A stretch of DNA of 64,000 nucleotides from a cyanobacterium endosymbiont of Rhopalodia gibba (GCA_045159875.1 CP067995.1:736001-800000), one strand, 5' to 3'. Positions 22,465 through 34,611 are shown, numbered from the stretch's first letter. Numbers and translations are program-made. Notes: generated by a model from the sequence alone, not told the origin.

Positions 22465-24297
22465 CTATTTTTTGTTCTTCATTGTTTGCAGCTTGTATAA
22501 ATCATTATATAGGTCTCCTTTTTTCAATAATTCTTGATGATTTCCCGATTCAAGCAACTCGCCTTTTTGAAATACAAAAATGCGATCTACATCTCGAATA
22601 GTTGAAAGTCGATGAGCGATAATAACGGCGGTTTTTTGATTTAATAAATGGACTAATGCATCTTGAATTAATGCCTCTGTTTTTACGTCTAAGCTAGAAG
22701 TAGCTTCATCTAAAACAAAAATGTGAGGATTACGAATAGCTACTCTAGCAAATGCTAATAATTGTTTTTGTCCTCCAGATAAATTTGTTCCTCTTTCCCT
22801 AACTTTAGTTTTGTAGCCTTGAGAAAGTTCGTCAATAAATTTTCCAATATTGGTTATATTAGCTGCTTTTTGTACCTGTTCAAAACAATAATTTTCTCCT
22901 AAAGTAATGTTACGCATAACGTCCCCTGCAAAAAGAAAATTTTCTTGTAAGATGACACCAATATATTGCCGTAGTTCAGTTTTAGAAATCTCTCGAATAT
23001 CCACGCCATCAATAATAATTCTTCCTTGAATAGGATCATAGAGACGACATAATAAACGAATAATAGAACTTTTTCCAGCTCCAGTAGGACCGACAAATGC
23101 AACCTTTTCTCCTGCATGAATGGTAAAATTTAAATTTTTTAGAACATACTCATCTTTGTTATAACCAAACCAAACATTTTCAAAACAAATTTCGCCATTT
23201 GTATTCCGCTGATGGAAACTTGATAAAGAGTATATTTTATCTTCAGGTTCAATAATTTCAACGGTTTCATTCATTAACTCACTAATACGTTCTATAGCTG
23301 TAAATCCAGCTTGAAACATGGTTAATTTATCAGCTAGTTGACGCAAAGGATTAAACAAGCGTTGTGCGTAAAGAATGAATGCAGATAAAGTACCAAAAGT
23401 AATTGCTTCATCGACAATAAAAACTCCTCCTAACCATAAAACTCCTGCGATAGCTACTAAACTAATCCATTCTAAGGTTGCAGAAACAGCCGAGTCATGG
23501 AAAATTATTGTATCAACTGTCTTGCGATATCGTTCATTGGTAGAACGAAATAGTTCTGAATTAAAAAGTTCTCGGCGAAATAATTGAACAACGTTAATCC
23601 CAGCTATATTTTCCTGTAATATAGAATTGAGTTTAGAAAGTTCCTCTCTTGCTTTGTAATTTGCTTTTCGATATTGACTTTGAAAATAGACAATTAATCC
23701 AGTAACAGGAATCATCATTAAAACCAGCATTAATGCTAATTCTAGTTGTACTGTAATCATGATAATAATAATTATAAAAATATAAATACCATCACTTAAA
23801 ACGCCAATTGCACCACTAGAAAATACATCTCCTAATGCCTCAACATCACTAGTTAATCGTGTTACTAAACGTCCTACTGGGGTACGATTAAAGAAACTCA
23901 TTCCTAATGATGTAACATGTGTAAACAAGTCTTTACGTATGTCTGCGGTAATTACTTGACCTATTTTTTGAATAAAATATCCTTGAAAAGAAGTACAACA
24001 AACACGGATAATAACTGTAATTAATAATAATAGGCTCAGCCATGTTATTCCTTGTTCTATAGAAAGATTTTTTAAGAACTTCCATGTAGACTCCTGACGT
24101 AAAAGAGAGACAGCCTGTCCAATAATTAAGGGTTGTATCGCCCCAGCAGTAGCCGAGGGTATAAGTAACCCCATCGCCAGTGACAATAAATGAATATGGC
24201 GACGGAAATAAGGAACTAATCTAAGGATAAGTTTTCTATTACTCTCATTGAGATGGTTCAAGTTTTTTTGTTGACGTATAGGTGAGAAAACAGCCAT
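22465..24297 (-). CDS. ABC exporter, fused permease/ATPase
   Basis: TM domain plus GPTGAGKS, LSGGQKQ, LDEATS and IAHRLST. Confidence 0.93.
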   Translation of the reverse strand: MAVFSPIRQQKNLNHLNESNRKLILRLVPYFRRHIHLLSLAMGLLIPSATAGAIQPLIIGQAVSLLRQESTWKFLKNLSIEQGITWLSLLLLITVIIRVCCTSFQGYFIQKIGQVITADIRKDLFTHVTSLGMSFFNRTPVGRLVTRLTSDVEALGDVFSSGAIGVLSDGIYIFIIIIIMITVQLELALMLVLMMIPVTGLIVYFQSQYRKANYKAREELSKLNSILQENIAGINVVQLFRRELFNSELFRSTNERYRKTVDTIIFHDSAVSATLEWISLVAIAGVLWLGGVFIVDEAITFGTLSAFILYAQRLFNPLRQLADKLTMFQAGFTAIERISELMNETVEIIEPEDKIYSLSSFHQRNTNGEICFENVWFGYNKDEYVLKNLNFTIHAGEKVAFVGPTGAGKSSIIRLLCRLYDPIQGRIIIDGVDIREISKTELRQYIGVILQENFLFAGDVMRNITLGENYCFEQVQKAANITNIGKFIDELSQGYKTKVRERGTNLSGGQKQLLAFARVAIRNPHIFVLDEATSSLDVKTEALIQDALVHLLNQKTAVIIAHRLSTIRDVDRIFVFQKGELLESGNHQELLKKGDLYNDLYKLQTMKNKK

Positions 24298-24436
24298 ATA
24301 GTTAATAGTTAAGAGTTTATGATTAAGGTTAAGTCAAATAAAATAACACATGTTTCTAGTTAGTGTCTTTTCTTTCAAATCAGGTGTATCTATAGGAAAA
24401 CAGATATATCAATTGGTAAAATACCATTTTATGAGT

Positions 24437-24475
24437 AATAAATCTAGTAACTAATTAATATTTACTAGATTTATT
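24437..24475. repeat. inverted repeat, 14-bp arms
   Basis: AATAAATCTAGTAA-N11-TTACTAGATTTATT. Confidence 0.8.
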
Positions 24476-25001
24476 GCCGTTAATTCAAGTATTTTCTTAT
24501 TGATGTTTATCTCTTGTAGACTTTAAATAAATAACTATTTTATGTTAGACAAAATAACCATAATTTAATTAATATAATTTATATTATGATAACTTTTATA
24601 AAAAGTAAACCAAATTATAAATGTTATTGAAAACAAGATAATTATCCAAAATCCACATAGACAAACCAGAAAATAGCTCAAAATACATTAGAGGCTTTAG
24701 TATAGAAAAATTTCATTAACTAATATAGTTGACTTTCTCAAAAAATAATTTATCCATAAATAAACATCTATTGCTATAGAGTAAGTAATAAGTTTTTCAT
24801 CAAAGACATTGCTCCATAAAGTTTAAGAGCAATTACTGATGTGTTAATAACAGTGAATATTTCTCAAGATATTTAACGGAGCTCTATTCTATTTAAAGAA
24901 TTTATAATAGCCAACATAATTGCTCTTACAATTTTTAAGATTTCTATCATAACCATTATTTTTTTTTCTTTCTGCAGTAAAAATGTAATTAATATCCCAA
25001 A

Positions 25002-25041
25002 ATAGAAGAGTATACAGCTTATAATCTGTATACTCTTCTAT
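25002..25041. repeat. 40-bp near-perfect palindrome
   Basis: ATAGAAGAGTATACAG-CTTATAAT-CTGTATACTCTTCTAT. Confidence 0.92.
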
Positions 25042-25186
25042 AAGAAAAAATATAAAAAAATAAAATTTTAAAACAAATTAGCTCTTATAACTAACACAAT
25101 ATCTTTGACTGAAATTGAATGTAAGACAGTAAAAATAAATGCATAACAATGTGCGAGATAAAATTTACATACTAACTAATTCTAGA

Positions 25187-25234
25187 TAATCTATTAAAAT
25201 AAATTATCTCGAGATAATTTATTTTAATAGATTA
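25187..25234. repeat. perfect 48-bp palindrome with no loop
   Basis: TAATCTATTAAAATAAATTATCTC|GAGATAATTTATTTTAATAGATTA. Confidence 0.97.
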
Positions 25235-25529
25235 ATATCAGCAATAATAGAATACAACGATTCACTCCTCCTAAAATTTTTTAAAAATAAATTAAATTTA
25301 TACTGTTAATTAAACTTTGTGTCCAATGTAGATTAGCTGATAAATAACTGTATTAGCCGTACTAACAATAACCCAAAATAAATAAATTTTTTCTAGAATA
25401 TAATTCTAGAATATGAAATTAGTTATTCATAGATAATCAACTTGTAAGACTATTTCTAATGTTTTAAAATTGCCATTTCTAAAAATAGAACTATTAAAAC
25501 ATGAAGTATTTATTATTTTAATATTTTCG

Positions 25530-25930
25530 TCTATCTTCCTCTAATTTAACTTCTTTAAAATTAGTGCTATCCAGTTGAGTTATGCAAACTTAAAAATAGC
25601 CTCTCGCAGATTAGCTCTTTTTAAGTTTACATAACTCAAATTTGCTCGTTGTAAATTAGCGTAGCTTAAATTAAATTACTCCAAGGTAAATCTACTGAAT
25701 CGCGCTTGGCTAAAATCAATTTATTTTAGATAGGCATTTTGTAGAGATGTTCTAATTAAATTTGCTTGAGATAAGTTGGCATAACTAAGATAAGATTCAA
25801 CAAGGCTAACATTCGTTAATTCAGTTCTTTCCAAATTAGTGGAATTAAATTTAGCCTCTTGAAGATATGAGAGACTTAAATTAACACCTAAAAGATATCA
25901 CACTTTAAATTAATTTCTCTAAGATCAGGG
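25530..25930 (-). pseudogene. pentapeptide-repeat protein pseudogene
   Basis: Minus-strand SYANLSQANLIRTSLQNAYL and LSYANLQRANLSYVNLKRANLREAIF repeats, with stops and frameshifts. Ends are approximate. Confidence 0.75.
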
Positions 25931-26703
25931 GTAACTGTTTGATTGTTTTGCCGCTATGTCAACCATTTTTTCTTGCTTTGCTGTAACAAAACAAGGTGTT
26001 CCACATCTACCATGAATGCAATTTTTCCGTTAACTCTATGTGATTAGTTAGCATCTCAAAAAATAGAATTCTAGAGAAAAGTACAAAGTTAAAGCTTTTT
26101 ACCTGATACAGGATAACTAACTCTAGTAAACACTATATTTAATCATGAAACTGTGGTAGAAGAACTTGATGAATTAAAGAAGCATACACTTTAATTTTCA
26201 TGCTATTCGCCGTTTCCTAGAGGGTAGCAATCATAATTTTTACTTCTCCTCGCAATTTTTTAAAAAAGATACTCAACTTTTCTGAAGAATCAAGTATATG
26301 TCAATTAATTTTTTAAATTTGGACAAATAAGAATCAGGATTAACCCGGGAATAGCAAGGATGACACTCTACTCACATCGAAAAATCAGTTTTTGTCTTAG
26401 GTGATACCAATTATTATCAAAGCACCGTCTAACAATATTATCAAACTTTCATTGCAATTCAAAAGATCATTATCAAGAAGGTGAGTGATAAAGGGACAAA
26501 AAGATAAGTTCATTACGCTTAAATTATCAGAATTTAATTACTAATTTAAACAACTACATAATAAATCACAGAAAATGGTGAAATCTTCCTGAAAAGATAA
26601 AAATTTTTGGAAAATTAAAGTGCTAAAAAAACTTTTAAAAATAAAATTGTTCGATTTTACGTTTTATTTAAAACTTTAGCTTAGGTATATCTAAGAATAA
26701 TTT

Positions 26704-26735
26704 AAGGGTGTATTAGCGTAGTGTAATACACCCTT
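26704..26735 (-). terminator. hairpin downstream of perR, possible terminator
   Basis: AAGGGTGTATTA-N8-TAATACACCCTT, about 50 bp past the stop. Confidence 0.5.
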
Positions 26736-26786
26736 GAATACTGGATATTGGTATGTTAACTTCTCCGAAGAGACAATTAACTTTAT

Positions 26787-27203
26787 TTACTGACAATTTT
26801 CACATAATCCCTGAACCGTAATTTCGTAACTGTCTACGGTTAAACCAGCACGAAGAGAATTCAGATTAATGGATTGGAAAGCACCCCAGTCGATATCTTC
26901 TATTTTCTCACATTGCCAACAACGGAAATGATGATGAGGAGAAACATTTGCATCATATCGAGAGACTCCCTCCTGTAACAAGACTTCTCGAATCAAATTG
27001 ACTTCTCTTAGGGTCTGCAAGGCACTATAAACTGTCGCTTGAGAAGAGGTAAAAATCTCCCTATTGAGATCCGTCAAAATCTGTTCGGCTGTAGGATGAT
27101 CTCCACGCGATCGCAGATTAGCATAGACGGCAAAGCGCTGAGGTGTTATCCTTAACCCTTTTGACTTTAAGATTGTCACAATTTCACTTTTGTGAACACT
27201 CAT
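26787..27203 (-). CDS. perR: Fur-family peroxide regulator PerR
   Basis: GLRITPQR, HPTAE, TVYSAL, HHHFRC..C and C..C motifs; divergent from a peroxiredoxin, as in Synechocystis. Confidence 0.85.
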   Translation of the reverse strand: MSVHKSEIVTILKSKGLRITPQRFAVYANLRSRGDHPTAEQILTDLNREIFTSSQATVYSALQTLREVNLIREVLLQEGVSRYDANVSPHHHFRCWQCEKIEDIDWGAFQSINLNSLRAGLTVDSYEITVQGLCENCQ

Positions 27204-27302
27204 TTTTATTTTGAGACTTTAATTTTCCCAGATTGTAACGATTCCTATTGTAGCGTCAACTCTATATAGTAACTTTTCTTAAAATCTAGATTGTTATAAC
27301 TC

Positions 27303-27331
27303 TTGACAAATTCTTAAATAAGAACTACTCT
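27303..27331 (+). promoter_or_regulatory. sigma70-type promoter of the peroxiredoxin, with a dyad in the spacer (candidate PerR site)
   Basis: TTGACA-17 bp-TACTCT; the spacer contains TTCTTA-AA-TAAGAA. Confidence 0.55.
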
Positions 27332-27396
27332 CATACAAAAGTTACAGTAAAAACTGTATACAATTACACCACATAACAGAGTGAGGCAATAAAAAT

Positions 27397-27969
27397 ATGG
27401 CTGTCATCGAAAAGGTTCCCCATGCTGTCTTTAAGACTCGCATCCGTGATGATTCTGTTACTGGACCCAACCCCTACCGTTGGCAAGATCTAACCACTAA
27501 AGAGATTTTCGTTGGGAAGAAAGTTGTTGTTTTTTCTTTACCTGGGGCATTTACTCCCACTTGTTCATCTAACCACTTACCTCGTTATGAAGAGTTATAC
27601 AATGAGTTCAAGGCACAAGGAGTAGATCAAGTCATTTGTCTGTCGGTTAATGATGCTTTTGTTATGTTCCAATGGGGCAAGCAACAAGGTGCCACCAACG
27701 TATTTTTACTTCCCGACGGTAATGGAGAATTCACCCGTAAAATGGGAATGTTAGTTGATAAGTCTAACCTCGGGTTCGGAATGCGTTCCTGGCGTTATTC
27801 CATGCTGGTTAACGACTGCAAGATTGAAAAAATCTTTATGGAACCTGAATTTTCCGATAATTGTCCTACTGATCCCTTTGAAGTGTCTGACGCTGACACC
27901 ATGTTAGCTTATCTTAAAGGAACAAAATCTAAGGGTGTTTCTGAACCGCGTAAAACATTTGTTGGTTAA
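27397..27969 (+). CDS. type II peroxiredoxin (Prx5-like)
   Basis: [23 protein letters not shown] and GMRSWRYSM motifs. Confidence 0.95.
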   Translation: MAVIEKVPHAVFKTRIRDDSVTGPNPYRWQDLTTKEIFVGKKVVVFSLPGAFTPTCSSNHLPRYEELYNEFKAQGVDQVICLSVNDAFVMFQWGKQQGATNVFLLPDGNGEFTRKMGMLVDKSNLGFGMRSWRYSMLVNDCKIEKIFMEPEFSDNCPTDPFEVSDADTMLAYLKGTKSKGVSEPRKTFVG

Positions 27970-28002
27970 CGAATAATCAAACTTAAAATTTATACAAAAT
28001 CC

Positions 28003-28039
28003 AGAAGTAGGGGGGAATGACTGTTCGCCCCTATTTTTT
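28003..28039 (+). terminator. intrinsic terminator / REP-like hairpin after the peroxiredoxin
   Basis: GTAGGGGGGAA-tgactg-TTCGCCCCTAT followed by a T-run. Confidence 0.65.
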
Positions 28040-28539
28040 AAAAAAATAAAAAACTGGAGTAGGCTTCTCAGTCCTCTCCAGTGCTGTCACGGAATTCAGT
28101 TCTGTTCTATAAGTAGTTTAACTGCTTATTCATGGTACATCTTTGAAGTAGATACTAATTTGTCTTTTCTAATCCTTAAAACCTTGATCTTTATTGGCTT
28201 TGAGTGCTTTAGTTAACCTTTGTGGAGTGAGTGTTTGCGTCATAAATAAAAAGAAGTGGCTTTTATGGCTTGAATACCTTGACATGAGCCTTGTTAACCC
28301 TGAGTACATCAATGGTAATTCGTAGTTCCATAAATACTGTACCCCTACAGTAAAAATATTAGTTCCCTAGCCTAAAATAAATTTTTCTCTTGAATATAAT
28401 CCTTATTGGAACTGAATTCTGATGTTTGAGTACAAAACTGATTAATTTAATAAATAAAGACTGATCAGTTAAATAGATAAAAACTGAGCAGTTTAATAAA
28501 TGTTGTCGAGGGAAATGTTAATGAAAAAGTTAACTGAAC

Positions 28540-28670
28540 AAAAAACCAGTGACCGCAATCACTGGTTGCTCGAAATATTCTTGTTGCTAATTCTTTCAGA
28601 AATCTTGTTTGAATAATGGTTGCGTGTTTCCAAGACGCCAACTAGACCAACTCAACCGTGGAAGGACTGT
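28540..28670 (-). ncRNA. psrR1: PsrR1 (SyR1)-like small RNA
   Basis: About 130 nt on the minus strand: ACAGTCCTTCC...GGAAACACGCAACC...CAAGATTTCTGAAAGA..., ending in the terminator ACCAGTGATTGCGGTCACTGGTTTTTT. Blocks and length match PsrR1 as recalled from memory. Confidence 0.6.
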
Positions 28671-28717
28671 AACATTGAACATTGTTATTTCGTTATTTGT
28701 AGCATTTGCGGAAACAA

Positions 28718-30466
28718 TTAATTTTTTGTCTCCCCCTCATTTTTTCGATAAGTTTGCGTCTTATGTGGTTGTCCCCACAGCAATTTTTCCCGCTTATAAA
28801 TTACCATTCCTGGTTTAGATCCTTTAGGCTTATAAACATATTTGGGTTCAGTATAAACGATAGGGACATGCTCGCTAAATCTAGCACGACTGTAATAGGC
28901 AGCCCAATTTGCGGCACACTGTAAGTCCACTTCATTAGGTTTTTGCCCTGGTTCTAAGCGCAATAAAACGTGACTTCCAACACTCTCTTGCGTGTGAAAC
29001 CATAAATCGTAATCCCCTGCAGTACAAAAAGTTAAGCGATCATTTTGTCGGTTATTACGACCCACCCAGACTTCTAGCCCTGATGGGGTAATATATTGAT
29101 AAGGCTGAGATTCGTCTAAATGACTAGAATTACTTTGAAGAGTAGATTTCAGATAATTTTGTTGAATGAGTTCCTCCCGGATTTCCTGGAGAGTTTGCAA
29201 ATCTTGGGGAGAGTCATAGGTATCTAATTGATTCAAACTTTCTTCGACTTGTTCTAAGTAGTCCATTTCCCTTTTAACCTCGGCCAACAATGGTTCAACT
29301 GTACTACGAGCTCGTTTTAATTTTTGGTGTTGTTTATAAAAATATTGGGCATTTTGGACAGCGTTTTTTTGAGGATTTAGGTTAATTTCAACCGATTTTT
29401 CCGTTTCGAAGGTTTTCAAAAAAATAGACTTCATTCCTGGTTGCCATAAATGTAAATACGCCATCAATAAATCTCCCTGTTGGCGATATTGACCAGCTTC
29501 GATAGATTGTTGTAGTTTTTGAGTAAAGTTAGATGCTTTAACTTGCAGTTTTTTGAGAAGAAAACTGAGTTTTTGCAACAATCGATGACGTAGTTGTTGA
29601 AAAGTTTGATAATTAATTTGATCTTGATAGTATTGATTAATTAAGGTTTGTATCTCAGAGGCAGGTTTCACTATTCCCCATCCTAAAACGGTATAAGCCT
29701 CCTCTGTCCATCCAGGTTTAAAATCTGCTGTAACTAAAATAGTTAGCCAAGTCTGCCACAAACAAAATAATCGATTCCAGTCGGATAATCTTAAAGTATC
29801 CGTTGACTGTTCGGGATCTAAATTGGCTGTTTGGATCATCGAATGGACAACTGCTGGACTTAGCCCGCAATAACTATCCAACATTTGCTTTTTTAATGCC
29901 TTAGGAAGGAGACTAATTCTTTTTTGCCAACGTTCGTAAGGTTCCTCTAATTTAGGTAAAGTTCCTGTTAAAGTAGGAGGGAATTCGTAGGTTTGTCCGG
30001 TTTCAACAGTACGCACACTGGATTGATTAGCACTTACTTGATGCCCAACAGTGATAATCTGTTGTTTAGCGTCGGTAAGAATAATGTTGCTGTATTTACC
30101 CATAATTTCTAAAAACAAATGCCAGACAGGGGGTTCGCCAGGGCGTTTGGCAAATTGTAAATCAACGACTCTTTCCCAGGGGGCAATCATTTCTAAAGAA
30201 GTTAGAGCGTATCCATTGAGTTGATGGCGTAATTGATCGCTAAAAGTAAAAGTATCAGGAATATGGGAAGGAGGAGCACCAATACAAAGTCTAGCAGCCT
30301 GAGAATGCCAAGAGATAGTCAACCAACTACGTTTTTCAAGGGTTCGTAGGGCAAGAGAAATCGTGTGACGGTCATGTTGATAAACTTGTTCAAGACGAGA
30401 AGGTATCCAATGAATTTGGAGATTTCGACAAATGGCAGTTAGAGTGGTGACATCAAAAGATTGCAT
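28718..30466 (-). CDS. rqcH: NFACT/RqcH (FbpA-like) ribosome quality-control protein
   Basis: LEIMGKYSNIIL, NAQYFYK, VGRNNRQND and WFHTQESVGSHV motifs. Confidence 0.88.
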   Translation of the reverse strand: MQSFDVTTLTAICRNLQIHWIPSRLEQVYQHDRHTISLALRTLEKRSWLTISWHSQAARLCIGAPPSHIPDTFTFSDQLRHQLNGYALTSLEMIAPWERVVDLQFAKRPGEPPVWHLFLEIMGKYSNIILTDAKQQIITVGHQVSANQSSVRTVETGQTYEFPPTLTGTLPKLEEPYERWQKRISLLPKALKKQMLDSYCGLSPAVVHSMIQTANLDPEQSTDTLRLSDWNRLFCLWQTWLTILVTADFKPGWTEEAYTVLGWGIVKPASEIQTLINQYYQDQINYQTFQQLRHRLLQKLSFLLKKLQVKASNFTQKLQQSIEAGQYRQQGDLLMAYLHLWQPGMKSIFLKTFETEKSVEINLNPQKNAVQNAQYFYKQHQKLKRARSTVEPLLAEVKREMDYLEQVEESLNQLDTYDSPQDLQTLQEIREELIQQNYLKSTLQSNSSHLDESQPYQYITPSGLEVWVGRNNRQNDRLTFCTAGDYDLWFHTQESVGSHVLLRLEPGQKPNEVDLQCAANWAAYYSRARFSEHVPIVYTEPKYVYKPKGSKPGMVIYKREKLLWGQPHKTQTYRKNEGETKN

Positions 30467-31223
30467 AGTGTCTCAACGATAAAAATAAATAATTGATCAA
30501 GTTCTCATTGTCTCGAATTTTTAAATCGACCCTAACTACAACAAACTTAAAAATTACATATTGATAAGATGAACTTAAATATACAACCTATAAAAACATA
30601 AAGTAGTTATTAAAAATAACGGACATAAAACTGATAGTAAATGTTATTGGACTCTCTATGTTTGCAACGTAAGTTTGACAAAAATTTATAGAGAGAAGCA
30701 GCAGCAAAGATTTAAACTGTATTCGTTGACACACAATGTCGATTAATTATTGGCTTTTTTTTATTAGACTAATTACCTGTACTTAATTTACCCGAAAAAA
30801 TTTTCTTCACTTCAATTTTAGCGCAAAGAGTAGACTGGTCTTGCGTTCTGATATTTTTAAACACATATTATAATTTTAATTGCTGACAGTTATTGTTTCA
30901 GATAATAATCAGCTCCGTTATATCTTGACTTAGATGTCAAAAATAACAACCATTTTTTAAAATACTGTCGAACCTACATTTTTGTAGAGTTATACTATCA
31001 ATAGCAATAACTTTCAAGTCTTCTTAAAAGTTAATCATCTTAATGCTCCTGATATTGGTATCATCAGCAAAAACTTTGACAGTGATTTCCCCTTTATCCC
31101 CAGAGGCTGTATTCTACAAGTTTAAAATATAGTAGAAGTACTTCGGGTTTGACAAGTAATTAGCCAACAATCAATAGACAGCTAAACTAAAATCACTATA
31201 TAGAGCTATCATTTCCGATTAAA

Positions 31224-31297
31224 TCGGAGCGGCGGGATTTGAACCCACGACCCCCACTACCCCAAAGTGGTGCGCTACCAAGCTGCGCTACGCCCCG
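31224..31297 (-). tRNA. tRNA-Pro(GGG)
   Basis: Cloverleaf CGGGGCGTAGCGCAGCTTGGTAGCGC...TT-GGG-GT...GGTTCAAATCC...CTCCGA. Confidence 0.97.
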
Positions 31298-31485
31298 CTA
31301 TCTGCAGATCATAATTGTAGATCATATTCCAATTACAATGCAACCTTTTACTGAAAGAAAAATTTCTGTTCGCTGTGACCTTCCCTAAAGCTTTAGATAA
31401 AGATGCCTGCGATCACCTCCAATTTATCTTGTAACACAAGACGTAGAACCAACCCCAGGCATCTACCAAAAAACCGTCAGACTTT

Positions 31486-31968
31486 CTAAAATAATCCTAG
31501 GGTTAAAGATTTATCAATGGGGAAAGTTGCACCTGCACCCAACCACAGAGTAACAAAAGTTGCAAAGAGGAACATAGCAGTTGCTACAGGACGACGGAAG
31601 GGATTCTGAAATTTGTTGACACTTTCAATAAAAGGAATCAACATTAAAGCTAAAGGAACGGCCGCTTGACAAGCAATTCCTAATAATTTATTAGGAAGAA
31701 CACGTAAAATTTGGAAAGCAGGATAAAGATACCACTCCGGGAGAATTTCTAAAGGAGTGGCAAAAGGATTAGCAGGTTCACCGAGCATAGCGGGGTCAAG
31801 AACCGCCAATCCCACTAGTAATCCTATGGTCCCAAGAATCACCACAGGAAAAATATAAAGTAAGTCATTAGGCCAAGCAGGTTCACCGTAATAGTTGTGA
31901 CCCATGCCCTGAGCTAGTTTTGCTCTTAATTTAGGATCGCTAAAATCTGGCTTTTTTTCAGTTGCCAT
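31486..31968 (-). CDS. petD: cytochrome b6f subunit IV
   Basis: [18 protein letters not shown] and ILPEWY motifs. Confidence 0.99.
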   Translation of the reverse strand: MATEKKPDFSDPKLRAKLAQGMGHNYYGEPAWPNDLLYIFPVVILGTIGLLVGLAVLDPAMLGEPANPFATPLEILPEWYLYPAFQILRVLPNKLLGIACQAAVPLALMLIPFIESVNKFQNPFRRPVATAMFLFATFVTLWLGAGATFPIDKSLTLGLF

Positions 31969-32099
31969 TGGATATATTTCTCCTTATCAAAACTGAGAAT
32001 CAGCAGGATGTGTGTCTAACATTAGTGACCAGTCTTTAATCACAAAAGACTTATAGTTAATTAATTAAATTAACTGTTCACTGGCCACTCTTAAGCACT

Positions 32100-32768
32100 T
32101 TACAAAGGACCAGAAATCCCTTGTTTGCGGATCATTAAAAAATGCAGCAGCATGAAGACTGCTATTAGCCAGGGGAAAACAAAGGTATGTAAGCTGTAAA
32201 AACGCGTTAAGGTGGCTTGTCCTACACTTTGACCACCCCGAAGGAGTTCAACCAATTGATCGCCCACCACGGGAATAGCTGCAGGAATACCAGAAACTAT
32301 GTTAACCGCCCAATAACCAACTTGATCCCAAGGAAGAGAGTAACCTGTTACACCGAAAGAAACGGTAATAACAGCTAAGACAACCCCAGTAATCCAAGTT
32401 AACTCACGAGGCTTTTTAAAACCACCAGTCAAGTAAACACGGAAGACATGGAGGATCATCATCAATACCATCATACTCGCAGACCAGCGATGGACTGAAC
32501 GTATCAGCCAACCGAAGTTAACCTCGTCCATAATATATTTAACTGAAGAAAAGGCTTCAACAACCGTTGGTTTGTAATAAAACGTCATGGCAAATCCAGT
32601 AGCAAACTGGACTAAGAAGCAAACTAAGGTAATTCCACCCAAACAGTAGAAAATGTTTACATGGGGAGGAACGTATTTAGTGGTGATGTCGTCGGAAATT
32701 GCCTGAATCTCAAGACGATCATCAAACCACTTATAAAGGGGAGAATCTGTAACTTGTTTGGAGAACAT
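32100..32768 (-). CDS. petB: cytochrome b6
   Basis: [24 protein letters not shown] and RKQGISGPL motifs. Confidence 0.99.
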   Translation of the reverse strand: MFSKQVTDSPLYKWFDDRLEIQAISDDITTKYVPPHVNIFYCLGGITLVCFLVQFATGFAMTFYYKPTVVEAFSSVKYIMDEVNFGWLIRSVHRWSASMMVLMMILHVFRVYLTGGFKKPRELTWITGVVLAVITVSFGVTGYSLPWDQVGYWAVNIVSGIPAAIPVVGDQLVELLRGGQSVGQATLTRFYSLHTFVFPWLIAVFMLLHFLMIRKQGISGPL

Positions 32769-34152
32769 TGAAGCTATAATTCGCTATCGTAAATAAATGA
32801 TCAAGGGTTGATTTGCTTGACTCCTTCAGTGAGATACTCCATAGAGAAAGTCAATGTTGGCGACATGGAGAAAACAAAACACCTCATTAGAAAATCTAAC
32901 ACACTACTTTCCATTGTGTTCACTGCGATCTTTATCTAAAAGGATAGATTAACATCTTACGTCAAAACTCTTTAACTAGTGTTTTTTCTGATTCTTTAGC
33001 TGCATCCTGAAAAGGTAACAAAACTAGCTCAGCGCCACTTCATTTGAAAATTTTTATCTCACTATGGATATGGATAGTTAAAGAAATTTATTTTTGACAT
33101 TATCGCTATTGTAGGGTAGGGAGTAAATTGATTCCTACGCGTTATCTAGGCAAGACACTGACTATTCATTTCGGCTTAGGCAATGACAAAGTGGAGGTAG
33201 ATTGTAAATTTTTCACTATATTCTCTTAAATCAAACGAGATAATATCCACTGGAAGAATATATACTCCGTCTAAATCTCTCAATTTCTCTATTAGTAATT
33301 ATGAGTCAATTTTTCTAACTTGGATAAGATTAAACATAGTCATTCATTCTGATGATATGGGAGTCGATAATCATATAAGTAAACACCCTCATAGTAATTA
33401 ATCCCACTGGGGCCATCAACCCTGAAATATCGTAATATGATTTGAACTGACCCTTAAACTTGCTAAAATTGAAAAAAAATTACTATAACAGGTTATTTTG
33501 TGGAGTAACTGGGGTCAAATATAACGGGGGAACAAAGTAACTACCAGGAAAAACTCTCCTTCCTTCAACAATACTGTAATACTATTAGGATTTCTCAGTC
33601 TAATAATGACTGCTCATCACTGCTAAAAGCTGTTAGAACAATCATGACAAGAACAATTTCAATATCCTGAACGTGTCAATATCCCTAGGGAAATTTATCC
33701 ACCATGTAGGGAATTAATTTCCCGTTTATTCAGCAAACAATTCAACAATGAATGATGGTGTTTAGACAAGTTAAGTTAATAGCTACATAAAATTTCTCCC
33801 ATCCCTGATACTGGTTCCACCGCAAAAATTTTGTGTAGTTCAATTTATACGTAAATAATAAACGATAAACGCCATAATTTATGGTTTATATAACCGAAAA
33901 GATAATGCCATATTTTTTGTATATATCATTGAAATACAACAATTTTTTTATAAAAAATTATTAAAGCTGATTATAAATGAAATATTTTAATTTTCTATTA
34001 GAATATTCCAAAATATTAGTCTACTCTCTATTCTAAAGAATGGTCACTGAAACGATAGAAAAAACGGTGAGGAAAAATAATCCAATTGGGTGAGGTTTTT
34101 TGTCGTTATATTTTTTATTTTGGTAGAAAGAAGAAAATCTTAAATAAGAAGT

Positions 34153-34611
34153 ATGCATTTATCTATGAGACAGAATATTTTTTTTACGCTGGCTATCGCT
34201 GCTCCCTTTATGTTCACGAGTCCGGTTTTAGCTGGAAATCCAGCTCATATTCAACGGTTGCTAACGACTAACGAATGTATCGGGTGCGACCTTTCGAATG
34301 AAGACTTAAGATTTGCTCATTTAATTGGAGCAGATTTAAGGGATGCTAATCTATCAGGGTCAACCCTAATCGAAGCTAACCTAGAAGGGGCGGACATGAC
34401 AGGGGCTAACCTTAAAGGATCTAACCTAACCGAAGCAATAGTTACTAATGCAAGTTTAAACGATTCGAATTTAGATAATGTAAACTTCACCCGAGCAATG
34501 ATTTATGATGCTGATGTGACAGGCGCGTCCATGAACAACCTAGATTTAACTAGCGCTCAAATCTTTGACACAGCTATTGGAATTGGTGGACAAGACCCCG
34601 CCTTTGATTAA
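34153..34611 (+). CDS. exported pentapeptide-repeat protein
   Basis: Signal peptide, C..CDLS motif and A(D/N)L repeats. Confidence 0.88.
   Translation: MHLSMRQNIFFTLAIAAPFMFTSPVLAGNPAHIQRLLTTNECIGCDLSNEDLRFAHLIGADLRDANLSGSTLIEANLEGADMTGANLKGSNLTEAIVTNASLNDSNLDNVNFTRAMIYDADVTGASMNNLDLTSAQIFDTAIGIGGQDPAFD

Noticed and set aside
31140..31203. Second Tn7-like end downstream of tRNA-Pro (minus strand TATATAGTGA...)
   Set aside because: No terminal TGT, no regular TnsB boxes and no GTN PAM at 60-66 bp.
33000..33820. ctpA remnant, expected opposite petB
   Set aside because: The DNA looks like a decayed gene, but I could read no CtpA motif. Left unassigned.
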